From contig CAXWPJ010000009.1 in NCBI GenBank assembly GCA_963664115.2, positions 1,120,001 through 1,184,000 on the forward strand: DNA of 64,000 nt, given 5' to 3'. The notes under the pieces were generated by a model. It was not told the origin of the DNA. It searched no databases and saw only the letters and a list, made by a program, of their open reading frames with translations. Below, piece by piece: positions 27,805 through 36,716 of this stretch. This stretch comes from Terriglobia bacterium. Its GTDB lineage: Bacteria > Acidobacteriota > Terriglobia > 20CM-2-55-15. A program made the position numbers and the translations under genes. Every line of letters starts with the position of its first letter. The stretch's first letter is position 1.

Positions 27805-28665
27805 TTAACCGCCAGCCGAAACCCTGTCCAAAAACTCAATCACTCTCGCCGGTGCTGTCTCCTCCGTCTGCTCTTCAGGCGGCACGTCCCAATACTCGGC
27901 TCCCGACAGGCAACCCTGTAGATAACGTGCAGCCGAAGTCGCGTGCGATTCGTCATCGCCCGGAACGATCAATGTCGGAATGTTCAGGTGCATCAAGTCT
28001 TCGGGTTTCGGACCCGGGGCGGTATCGCGGTCGAGAAGGGTGTGCGACATGCCGGCGACAATCTGCTTGTAGTGTTCCAGGTCAAAACCGGCATAGTGCA
28101 GTGCAAACTCCGGGTCGGTCCGGATTACCGCAACCCAGGGACCCAGGCGAGGATCTTTGCCAAAACCCACATCCGTGCTTTTGGCCAGTTCCACAACCGC
28201 GGCGAGACTTTCTTGTTCCACGAACTTCAGGTGCTCCTCAAAACGGCCGTGCCCCTTGAGACGAAAGGCGGCGCCGCCCACAGGCCAGTAAAGAACCATG
28301 CTGAGCGTCGCTTCAGGATGCTTGACGGCAAATGCCATCGCCGGGGGGCATCCCATGCAGCCACCAAGCACGTGTGCCGCCTGAATGCGGAGATGCTCGA
28401 GCAGGTCCTTGCCTTGTACGACGTAGTCATTCCAGGTGATGGGCTCGATCCGCCCACCCGATTGTCCGGTTTCACGACGGTCGAATATTATGCAACGGTA
28501 TTTAGACGCCAGGTGATCGAGTAGTTTGATACGGGCATAGATGCCCAGCGTCGACCATTTGTCGAGCGAGGCGTCGAAGCCGCCCGGAGAAAACATCAGC
28601 AGCGGCGGACCATCGCCGACGACTTCGTAGTGTGTCCTGATGCCGTCGAGGGTCGCTGTTCCCAT
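27805..28665 (-). CDS. Alpha/beta hydrolase (Cys at the nucleophile elbow)
   Basis: GDGPPLLM, GGCMG, PGDDESH. Confidence 0.8.
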   Translation of the reverse strand: MGTATLDGIRTHYEVVGDGPPLLMFSPGGFDASLDKWSTLGIYARIKLLDHLASKYRCIIFDRRETGQSGGRIEPITWNDYVVQGKDLLEHLRIQAAHVLGGCMGCPPAMAFAVKHPEATLSMVLYWPVGGAAFRLKGHGRFEEHLKFVEQESLAAVVELAKSTDVGFGKDPRLGPWVAVIRTDPEFALHYAGFDLEHYKQIVAGMSHTLLDRDTAPGPKPEDLMHLNIPTLIVPGDDESHATSAARYLQGCLSGAEYWDVPPEEQTEETAPARVIEFLDRVSAGG

Positions 28666-28674
28666 AGCGCTTTG

Positions 28675-29502
28675 CTAACTCTTGACTGGCGGGGCGCCCT
28701 TGATCTGGCGGCCAGCCCTCACGTCATTGCTAAACGCAGTGATGGCATCCAGTATCAGCGGCGCGACGTTTGCGTAAGTGTCCACGGGTTCATCCAGATA
28801 CTTGGCGCCGTATCCGATAGCGGCATGACCGAGGCGTACCCGCCCGTCGAGCCAGGGACCGCCGCCGAATCCGCCGATCACCGGGATCGAGACAGCAGCC
28901 GCTACAGCCGGTCCCACAACAGGCCCCGAATTCGTGAAATCGAGTAGGGTCGCACCCGCATCTTCCAGCATCTTCGCCTCGCCGACCAGCCTGTCCTTCA
29001 TGTCCGCCGATACAGCGACACCCCCCCGCGACATGGCGGAATATTCGATGCCGTATTGCAGTGCCGTCTGCGGGGTTATTCCGAACTGCGCCCAGACGGG
29101 AATGCCGGCACTCGCCATCGCGGTGACCGTCTGGGGGTAGTCCGCTGCCCCGTCGAGTTTGATCATGTCGACGCCGGCTTCTTTGACCATGCGGATACCG
29201 GCCCGGACGGCAGCGTCGGAGCCTTCCTGCAATGGGCCATAGGGAAAATCACAGCTGAGCAAAGCCCTTTTCGTGCCCCGGCGCACGGCTTGTGTGACGG
29301 TCACCATCTGGTCCATCGTCACCTCGAGCGGGTTCGGTTGTCCCCAGAGATTGATCCCCACCGTATCCCCGACGGACATGATCTCGACACCGGCGCGATC
29401 GACGATCTGAGCCATCTGGTAGTCCCAGACGACCACGCCCACGATTTTCTGCCCTTCGCGTTTCATCCGGTGAAGTTGGGGTATGTTGACCTTGTCGACC
29501 AT
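28675..29502 (-). CDS. PanB-like (ketopantoate hydroxymethyltransferase family) protein, divergent
   Basis: VGDTVG, CDFPYG, GITPQ. Confidence 0.8.
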   Translation of the reverse strand: MVDKVNIPQLHRMKREGQKIVGVVVWDYQMAQIVDRAGVEIMSVGDTVGINLWGQPNPLEVTMDQMVTVTQAVRRGTKRALLSCDFPYGPLQEGSDAAVRAGIRMVKEAGVDMIKLDGAADYPQTVTAMASAGIPVWAQFGITPQTALQYGIEYSAMSRGGVAVSADMKDRLVGEAKMLEDAGATLLDFTNSGPVVGPAVAAAVSIPVIGGFGGGPWLDGRVRLGHAAIGYGAKYLDEPVDTYANVAPLILDAITAFSNDVRAGRQIKGAPPVKS

Positions 29503-29766
29503 AGCGCGTGTCCGTTCCTGTAATTGTTAAGCCAGGCAACCGTAGATTTTGGTGAGCGTCAGATAATAACAAAGATCAGACTTTGATAGTGGTTGACAGC
29601 AATACAGGCCAGCGGGGTTATTTCCGCACTGACACCCCGATTCGATGACGGCCGCGGTTTGAGCTATCATGTTGTTTCGTGGGATATGGCGAGCCTACTG
29701 CTGATTACCGGAAGAGCCGCAGGTCTTCATTTCGCGCCCCGATCCAACCTTTCCAAGGACGTACGC

Positions 29767-30882
29767 ATGACTAAAGACGCACTCGTGCCCGAGGACACCG
29801 CGAAGAAATTCGCTAAGGAGAAGGAAACTCCCTACACGCGCTGGGTTAAGAAACAGGGCCTCGACATCATCGACGGAACCTACGTTCCGGATCTGAGGAC
29901 GCTCGAACTGAAACCCTGGGCGCGGCGGAACGGGCGTGGCGTCTACATAAATCACGATGCGTCCAGGACATCCAACGACTGCTATGTCTGCGAAATCGAG
30001 CCGGGCGGCGAACTGACGCCGCAACGACAATTGTGCGAAGAGATGATCATGATACTGGACGGTCGCGGGTCGACGCGGGTCTGGAATGATGCCGGAGGGA
30101 CAGTATCGTTCGAGTGGCAGGCGGGTGCGCTGTTCTCGGTCCCGCTAAACACCTGGCACCAGCATTTTAATGGCTCCGGTAAGGACACTGTGCGTTTTGT
30201 CGCGGTCACCAATTTGCCGCCGATCATGAACGTGTTCGAAGAATCCGAATTCATTTTCAACACGTCGTACGACTTCAATTCCCGCTTTTCCGGTGAACCC
30301 GACTATTTCGCTCCGAAGGAGGAAGCGAGCGGCTTTTTGCTCGAGACCAATTTCGTCGCGGACGCAGTCAGCCTGCCGCTGATCGAGGCGAAGGAACGCG
30401 GAGCGGGGGGCGGACACATCCGTTTCAACCTGGCGAAGAGTTCGATGAACAGCCATATCTCTTCGTTCCCGGTTGGCAAGTACAAGAAAGCCCATGCGCA
30501 TGGCCCCGGTGCGCACGTCATCACCCTTGTCGGTGAAGGCTATACTTTGATGTGGCCGGAAGGCGAAGAGCCCAAGCGATACGACTGGAAGCCGGGCACG
30601 ATGATCACGCCACCGATCATGTGGTACCACCAGCATTTCAATACCGGCACGGAGCCGGCCCGCTATCTGGCTTTTAAGTATGAAGGCGTCGCGATCCGTA
30701 ATTCCCAGGGCGTTCCCAAGGCATGGGTGAGCCGCCGTATCGGTGGGCACCAGATAGACTATGCCGACGAGAAACCTGAAGTTCGCACGATGTTCGCGGA
30801 TGCGCTGGCCGAAAAGGGCCAAGAGTCGCAGATGCAGGATTCCTACGAAACGGAGAAGGAGACTCTGCCCCCGATCTCCTGA
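29767..30882 (+). CDS. Bicupin protein
   Basis: Two cupin motifs (PLNTWHQHFN; AHAHGPGAH...WYHQHFN). Confidence 0.85.
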   Translation: MTKDALVPEDTAKKFAKEKETPYTRWVKKQGLDIIDGTYVPDLRTLELKPWARRNGRGVYINHDASRTSNDCYVCEIEPGGELTPQRQLCEEMIMILDGRGSTRVWNDAGGTVSFEWQAGALFSVPLNTWHQHFNGSGKDTVRFVAVTNLPPIMNVFEESEFIFNTSYDFNSRFSGEPDYFAPKEEASGFLLETNFVADAVSLPLIEAKERGAGGGHIRFNLAKSSMNSHISSFPVGKYKKAHAHGPGAHVITLVGEGYTLMWPEGEEPKRYDWKPGTMITPPIMWYHQHFNTGTEPARYLAFKYEGVAIRNSQGVPKAWVSRRIGGHQIDYADEKPEVRTMFADALAEKGQESQMQDSYETEKETLPPIS

Positions 30883-30966
30883 TGTCCCGGCGCCGGCTCG
30901 CGGCCCATGTGGAGCACCTCGTCGGGATCGGGATGCTCTCGATAGAATCTGACTGAGGCAACTCGT

Positions 30967-32076
30967 ATGACAGAACAAGTTCTAGCAGCGGTTCGCATCG
31001 GCGCTCACGAAACTGAGTTTCGGGAGTTCCCGATGCCCGAGGTGCCCGAGGACGGCGCTTTGCTGAAGATGGAGGTCGCGGGCATCTGTGGTACGGATGT
31101 GAAGTTTTACGCCAAACCTCCGATCGACTCGCCGGTCATCATGGGCCATGAGAATATCGGCTATATCGCGAAAGCTGGTCGTCAGTTCTTGGATCGAAAG
31201 GGCGTCAAGGAAGGCGACCTGGTATTCGTGGAACATTACGTTCCGTGTTTCAAATGCGAATGGTGTCACAAGGGTGAATACCGCCTGTGCGCCGCTACCG
31301 ATTGGCGCAAAGGCCCCGATGCCGTGCGTTACGGCTATAGCTCAATTGAACGTGAGCCACATTTGTGGGGCGGGTTCGCGCAGTACATGTTTCTGCCGTG
31401 GAACGCCGTAGTGCACAAAGTGCCCGACGGCGTGTCGGCCGAACTTGCGGGTGTGGTGACACCCATGGCGAACGGCATCCAGTGGGCCCTGTTTGACTGC
31501 GGTGTCGGTTACAACTCGCGGGTACTCATACAGGGGCCCGGCCAGCAAGGGCTTTCCCAGACAGTGGCGTGCAAGCAGGCGGGTGCTTCATTGATCATCG
31601 TCACCGGTACAACCAAGGACAGAGCCCGGCTTGCGGTGGCCTTAAAGTTTGGTGCCGATCACGTGATCAATGTCGAGGAAGAGGACCCCATCGAGCGCAT
31701 CCGGGAAATTACCCACAATGAAGGGTTGGATGTGGCTCTCGACTGCACCGCCGGAGCCGGGACCGCACCCGATCGGATCAGCATAGAGACGCTCAAGCGC
31801 AAGGGCGGTACGATGCTGATGCAGGGTGAGATTGGTCAATACCCGGACTTTCCGGTCGGGAAGGTGACGAACAAATACATCACGATCAAAAGCGCGCGCG
31901 GACACAACTTCCGTTCCTGCGAGCTTGCCTTGCGGCAGCTGGCCTCGGACAGATTTCCGCTGGACCTGATGACCACCCACCGTTTCGGGTTGAAGGATAC
32001 GGATCTGGCGATCAAATCCGTCGGCGGCACGGAGGCAGAGGGGGTAATACATGTTTCGCTCATGCCCTGGAAGTAG
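30967..32076 (+). CDS. Zn-binding (MDR) alcohol dehydrogenase
   Basis: GICGTD, GHE, CxxCxxC structural Zn, GPGQQG. Confidence 0.9.
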   Translation: MTEQVLAAVRIGAHETEFREFPMPEVPEDGALLKMEVAGICGTDVKFYAKPPIDSPVIMGHENIGYIAKAGRQFLDRKGVKEGDLVFVEHYVPCFKCEWCHKGEYRLCAATDWRKGPDAVRYGYSSIEREPHLWGGFAQYMFLPWNAVVHKVPDGVSAELAGVVTPMANGIQWALFDCGVGYNSRVLIQGPGQQGLSQTVACKQAGASLIIVTGTTKDRARLAVALKFGADHVINVEEEDPIERIREITHNEGLDVALDCTAGAGTAPDRISIETLKRKGGTMLMQGEIGQYPDFPVGKVTNKYITIKSARGHNFRSCELALRQLASDRFPLDLMTTHRFGLKDTDLAIKSVGGTEAEGVIHVSLMPWK

Positions 32077-32152
32077 GCGGTCAACCTGGCAGACACGCTT
32101 CTTTGCGTGACTGTTTCCCGCGGATGGACAAAGGAAGACCTTAAAGAACACG

Positions 32153-32860
32153 ATGGAATACTACACACTGTTATTACTTGGATTCGTGGTTGGCATCCAG
32201 CATGCGCTGGAGGCGGACCACCTTGCCGCTGTAGCGGCGATGGGCACGGGCCGGACCTCCCGGCGGGCGCTCATTCTCCGGGGCGGCTTCTGGGGTCTTG
32301 GCCATACGGTGACGCTCTTGCTGATTTGCGGCCTTCTGCTGATTCTGGGTGAGACGATCTCGCCCCGGGTGGAAAGCCTGCTGGAACTCGCGGTTGGCGT
32401 GATGGTCATGCTCCTCGGTGTTAAGGTATTGACCGGGCTCTGCGGCAAGCGCCCTCATTTCCATGTGCACCAGCACGACAACGGTGTGCGCCACGTTCAT
32501 GCCCACAGCCATGTCCATGCAGGGGAGAGCCACAATGAGAGTGCGCATCGCCACGAACATAGTGATCTGGGTCTCGGCCGCGCCCTGGCTGTGGGCATGA
32601 TGCACGGCGCGGCGGGCTCGGCCGGGCTTCTCGTCCTCGCCGCCGCAGCAAGCTCGGCGCTTGACGGGCTTGGCTACGTTCTCGCCTTTGGCGTGGGTTC
32701 GATACTCGGCATGGCGACGCTTTCGTTTGTCGCCTCCTACCCCCTGGCGCTGCTGGAGCGAAGTGCGCCCTGGCTGAACGCCGCTACGGCTGCTGCCATC
32801 GGTTGCGCCGCCATGATCATAGGCGGACGCCTGGTGACGGCAAGCTGGGGGGCATTGTGA
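32153..32860 (+). CDS. UreH/NiCoT-type nickel/cobalt transporter
   Basis: HALEADH, WGLGH, His-rich loop, HGAAGS. Confidence 0.85.
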   Translation: MEYYTLLLLGFVVGIQHALEADHLAAVAAMGTGRTSRRALILRGGFWGLGHTVTLLLICGLLLILGETISPRVESLLELAVGVMVMLLGVKVLTGLCGKRPHFHVHQHDNGVRHVHAHSHVHAGESHNESAHRHEHSDLGLGRALAVGMMHGAAGSAGLLVLAAAASSALDGLGYVLAFGVGSILGMATLSFVASYPLALLERSAPWLNAATAAAIGCAAMIIGGRLVTASWGAL

Positions 32861-32863
32861 GCG

Positions 32864-33565
32864 ATGGATGCGAACGGGCCAGCCGAATCCTTATTCCGGC
32901 AACAACTGACGCTGGGCATTTCGATTCTGGAACGTCTGGGAATAATCGATTTCAACGGCCACTTCAGTGTCCGCCTGGATGACGGGCGCATCCTGATCAA
33001 TACCGGGAGCTCGGTTCGCAGTGCGATCGGCCCGGAGGATTTTGTCGTCGTCGGACCGAAAGGCGAGCTTTCCGAAAATTCCCCCCGCCCACCTGCCGAA
33101 CTGCCGCTTCATGTGGCTGTCTATCATGCGCGTTCGGATGTCCAGGCGATAGTTCACGGCCACCCGGAATGGTCGACCTTGCTGTCGAGCGCCGGGCGGA
33201 GCTATGAAGTCACGATGCCACAAGGCGCGCTGCTCGGCGATGTCCCGGTATTTCCCTCTCCGATGTCGGTGAACAACCCCCGTATCGGGGACGCCGTGGC
33301 AACAACCCTCGCCGGGGGGAGGGCTGCGCTTCTGCGGGCTCACGGTTCCGTCGTGACCGGGAACGACGTTCTCCAGGCGGCGGTTCTGGCCATCTATCTC
33401 GAATTGAACGCTGAACGACAATTTCGCGCTGCCATGATCGGTGAGCCCTACGTATTCTCCGCTGAACAGGTTCGCTCATTTCAGGAGGGACTGGAAAAAC
33501 GTGTGCTCTTCGAAAAATGTTGGCATTACTACACGGCAAAGTTCGGTTTGGCTGCTCTGGACTGA
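32864..33565 (+). CDS. Class II aldolase/adducin family protein
   Basis: GHFSVR, ELPLH, HGH, LLRAHG. Confidence 0.88.
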   Translation: MDANGPAESLFRQQLTLGISILERLGIIDFNGHFSVRLDDGRILINTGSSVRSAIGPEDFVVVGPKGELSENSPRPPAELPLHVAVYHARSDVQAIVHGHPEWSTLLSSAGRSYEVTMPQGALLGDVPVFPSPMSVNNPRIGDAVATTLAGGRAALLRAHGSVVTGNDVLQAAVLAIYLELNAERQFRAAMIGEPYVFSAEQVRSFQEGLEKRVLFEKCWHYYTAKFGLAALD

Positions 33566-33603
33566 TGAAAGCAAGGGGGCGGTCAAAAAGGAGAGATTCA
33601 TAA

Positions 33604-33969
33604 ATGTGCGGCGATATTGACGAACATGCGTGTGTCGACGAGGAACTGTTTGACCGTTTCATCGCGTTGGCCAGTCTTTACGGTGTTTCCCCAGCAGTGA
33701 GGGCCACCGATGGGCCGACTGCATTGAGCGGGGAAGTTGTGCGCGCCGGCTACATGGACACTTTGTTTAAAGATGGACTGAGCCGCGCGCTCAGCGACGG
33801 GGTCAATCTGCCCGAAGGCGAGCGTATGGACGCCCTGGCCGGTCAAGCCATCGTCTTCGCCCGTCTTGCCGGTTTTCTTGCGGGAATGTTTCCGCCCGAG
33901 GCCGACCAGTTCCGCACGGTCGTCGCCGCCCTGACGCAAGGCCACAGCGAGCCAGCCGAAATTGTCTAG
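33604..33969 (+). CDS. Hypothetical protein
   Basis: RBS, operonic position; MCGDIDEHAC N-terminus. Confidence 0.55.
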   Translation: MCGDIDEHACVDEELFDRFIALASLYGVSPAVRATDGPTALSGEVVRAGYMDTLFKDGLSRALSDGVNLPEGERMDALAGQAIVFARLAGFLAGMFPPEADQFRTVVAALTQGHSEPAEIV

Positions 33970-34588
33970 AGTGTCCCCTGGAGAAACGGCGACGATTCAT
34001 CCGAGGACCGGCGGTCGCGATTGGTGGATCAGTGTCCTGGGCGAAAGCTTTGGCCTTTCGTTCTGGCTGTTCGCCGCCTTTGCACTGCTCGCCGCGGTCA
34101 TTTCCTACGTCATCCTTGGACCTGAATCATTTGACGACGCGGTGTCGGAGAACCTCGCCCAACTGGGTTTTATGCTGCCGCGCGTGGCGGTGGCGCAGGT
34201 TGTTGCGGGTTTCGTCTGGGTTTTGATGCCTCACGATCGCGTTTCGCAATTGGTCGGGCCTGACGGCGGCCGGCGTGGTCTGGTCATTGCAACGATGGCG
34301 GGGATCATTACTCCGGGCGGGCCGGCTTCGGCGTTTTCGCTGCTGGTTCTGATCGGTAGCGTTGGTGGGGACCGGGGCATCCTCGTCGCCTACATCAGCA
34401 GTTGGGCGATGTTGGGACTGCAGCGTATTCTCGTTTGGGATTTGCCGCTCATGGGAGTGGAATTTTCAGTGATACGTTTCCTGGTGTGCCTGCCCCTTCC
34501 GATCCTGGCCGGTTTGATCGCCCGGCGGCTACCGTTGCGGCTTAGGCTGGTGGAACATCCGGAACAACAGGATGGGCGACGATCATGA
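33962..34588 (+). CDS. Permease-like membrane protein
   Basis: TM segments; AGIITPGGP motif. Confidence 0.7.
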   Translation: MSRVSPGETATIHPRTGGRDWWISVLGESFGLSFWLFAAFALLAAVISYVILGPESFDDAVSENLAQLGFMLPRVAVAQVVAGFVWVLMPHDRVSQLVGPDGGRRGLVIATMAGIITPGGPASAFSLLVLIGSVGGDRGILVAYISSWAMLGLQRILVWDLPLMGVEFSVIRFLVCLPLPILAGLIARRLPLRLRLVEHPEQQDGRRS

Positions 34589-35094
34589 ACTTCAGCGTCT
34601 TCGTCCTCTATGGTATGGGCATTGCCCTGGGGGTTTTCGCCCTGTCCCGTGGGGATGGATCCTTTCAACGGGGTCTGGTCCGCGCGGTGGAACACTTCGG
34701 AAAGCTGGTGCCGCGCATGCTGTGCGCTCTGGTGGCGGCGGGTTTCGTGGCCAAACTTATCCCGACTGAGTTTATCAGCCGATTTCTTGGCGCTGACGTG
34801 GGTCTGGCTGGGATCCTCATCGGAACGCTGGCGGGATTGATCGTACCGTCGGGTCCCGTCGTTGCCTTTTCGGTAGGCGCCGCGTTCGCCAGTGCAGGTG
34901 CATCGGTCCCGGCCCTGGTATCGTTCATTACGGCCTGGAGCCTGTTTGCGGTTCACCGGATTTTTATTTTCGAGATACCCTTGCTGGGGTTTTCGTTCCT
35001 GCGTGTCCGTTTGCTGTCCGTGTTGATTTTACCGCCGCTGGCCGGGGGCCTCGCCCTGGCCGCCACCCGGGCGATGTCCATGGTCGGAATGTGA
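34585..35094 (+). CDS. Permease-like membrane protein (paralog of the previous gene)
   Basis: AGLIVPSGP, FITAWSL; ATGA overlap. Confidence 0.72.
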   Translation: MNFSVFVLYGMGIALGVFALSRGDGSFQRGLVRAVEHFGKLVPRMLCALVAAGFVAKLIPTEFISRFLGADVGLAGILIGTLAGLIVPSGPVVAFSVGAAFASAGASVPALVSFITAWSLFAVHRIFIFEIPLLGFSFLRVRLLSVLILPPLAGGLALAATRAMSMVGM

Positions 35095-35101
35095 ACGAAA
35101 C

Positions 35102-35166
35102 GGGGACGGACACTTCAGTCGAAATGCAGTCGCCAGGCCACAGTGTTGCATGATGTGTCCGTCCCC
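35102..35166. repeat. REP-like inverted repeat
   Basis: GGGGACGGACAC ... GTGTCCGTCCCC, perfect 12-bp IR. Confidence 0.7.
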
Positions 35167-35408
35167 ATTCCGCGTCGGTCCCCGGTGCGGATGGACGGCT
35201 TTCAGAATCATGAGGCGGTAGCCGAGGCGTCAGCGAAAGAAGATGATCGGGGGGGTGTTGGAGGGCATTGGGGTTTTCGAACTGGGTCAGTCTCGACGGG
35301 CCCAAATTCGTTGACACGCTATGGCTCAGGCATTACGTTGGCAGACCGGTCAGGCGTGTGTTTAGAGCCCGGATCGATCATTAATCGAATTCCCTAGGGA
35401 GCAACACT

Positions 35409-35960
35409 TTGGACTCAAAAGATAATCAGAAGAAAGAGGTCACATGGGAGCGCTGGGCCAAGAAGAGGACGTTTGTGCGTGCCCTTGAGGGCACCTATGG
35501 CGAACTGATGGAAGAGCTGTTCAGACAGCCTCGGATCTACCCGACACAGGTTCTCAAGTGGAAAGGCGGACCCCAAAACTTCGGTAAGAAAGTCATCAAC
35601 CCCCAAGCCGTCAGGATAACGCAGTCCATCGAGGCTCATATCGATGCATTCGCGCCGGGTGGCCGCGGCCAGAAGCATGGCCACATGAATAGCGCTGTAT
35701 TTTTTGTGCTCAAAGGGAAGGGACATGACGTCCACGATGGCCGCCGAATAGATTGGGAGGCAGGCGATGCGCTGATTGTGGAGAATGGCTGCGTGCATCA
35801 GCATTTCTCCGACGATCCGGATGAAGAGGCCATCATTCTGATCATGAAGGCGAAACCTCTGTTCCTCTTCATGCACCTCATCTTTCAAAAAATGGTCGAA
35901 TGGCCGCCGAAAGATCCGGTTCCCGGGCAGGAGAACTACGCCCCACCCAGCGCGCTTTGA
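35409..35960 (+). CDS. Cupin domain protein
   Basis: QKHGHMNSA...GCVHQHF. Confidence 0.8.
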   Translation: MDSKDNQKKEVTWERWAKKRTFVRALEGTYGELMEELFRQPRIYPTQVLKWKGGPQNFGKKVINPQAVRITQSIEAHIDAFAPGGRGQKHGHMNSAVFFVLKGKGHDVHDGRRIDWEAGDALIVENGCVHQHFSDDPDEEAIILIMKAKPLFLFMHLIFQKMVEWPPKDPVPGQENYAPPSAL

Positions 35961-35996
35961 GCGACTACACAGCCTTAAGAGAATTCAGGAGTTTTT

Positions 35997-36587
35997 ATGA
36001 GCAATAAGTCATCTTTCGTAGACGCCACCGAACGCGGCAGGGCGCGAACTGACATCAACGCAGACTTCTATGCCAAAGCGCTTGAGGCATCTAAGGCGTT
36101 CCGCAGGGAATATCAAAATCGGGCGAATATCGTGAAATCCAATGAAATGCCGATGGAGCGGTCCCCGGATGGACTCATCAAGCACATCGTCAATGAGGGG
36201 ATGAATACCAAGGAATGCTGTATTGATATCTATATGCAGTTTCTGCCCCCGAATGGCGCCACCGGGACCAGTCGCCACCTTTCCGAAGAAGTCGCGTTCG
36301 TGATCGAAGGTGCCGGTTATGATTTGCACTACGACGTGAGTTTCAGGTGTGAGGAAGAGTTCGTGTGGGAATGGGATACGGAAGCTCAGAGATATGAATG
36401 GGGTCCCGGCGACTTTATCTATATTCCGCCTTACTGCGCGCATAAACGATTCAACAGTGATCCCAGCCATGAGGCCCGGGTTGTCGTAGTCAACACCCGT
36501 ATCATGAAAGCGATCGGCTTTGACTGGTTTGATCAGTTGGAGCCTGCCGAGGGCTTTGAAGACCTCTGGGTGCCACCGGCGGAATGA
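35997..36587 (+). CDS. Cupin domain protein
   Basis: RHLSEEVAFVIEGAG...IPPYCAH. Confidence 0.8.
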   Translation: MSNKSSFVDATERGRARTDINADFYAKALEASKAFRREYQNRANIVKSNEMPMERSPDGLIKHIVNEGMNTKECCIDIYMQFLPPNGATGTSRHLSEEVAFVIEGAGYDLHYDVSFRCEEEFVWEWDTEAQRYEWGPGDFIYIPPYCAHKRFNSDPSHEARVVVVNTRIMKAIGFDWFDQLEPAEGFEDLWVPPAE

Positions 36588-36716
36588 AGAGCAGGATTGA
36601 CTTCAATTGCGCGCTTTCAGATAAGAACTAAACCCGGGTAGGCCCTCCCCTCCCTGGCCAGAGCTGTCCAAAAAGAATTCACTTCAAGAGTTGTGAGTGC
36701 AGGTTCCTGATTGATG

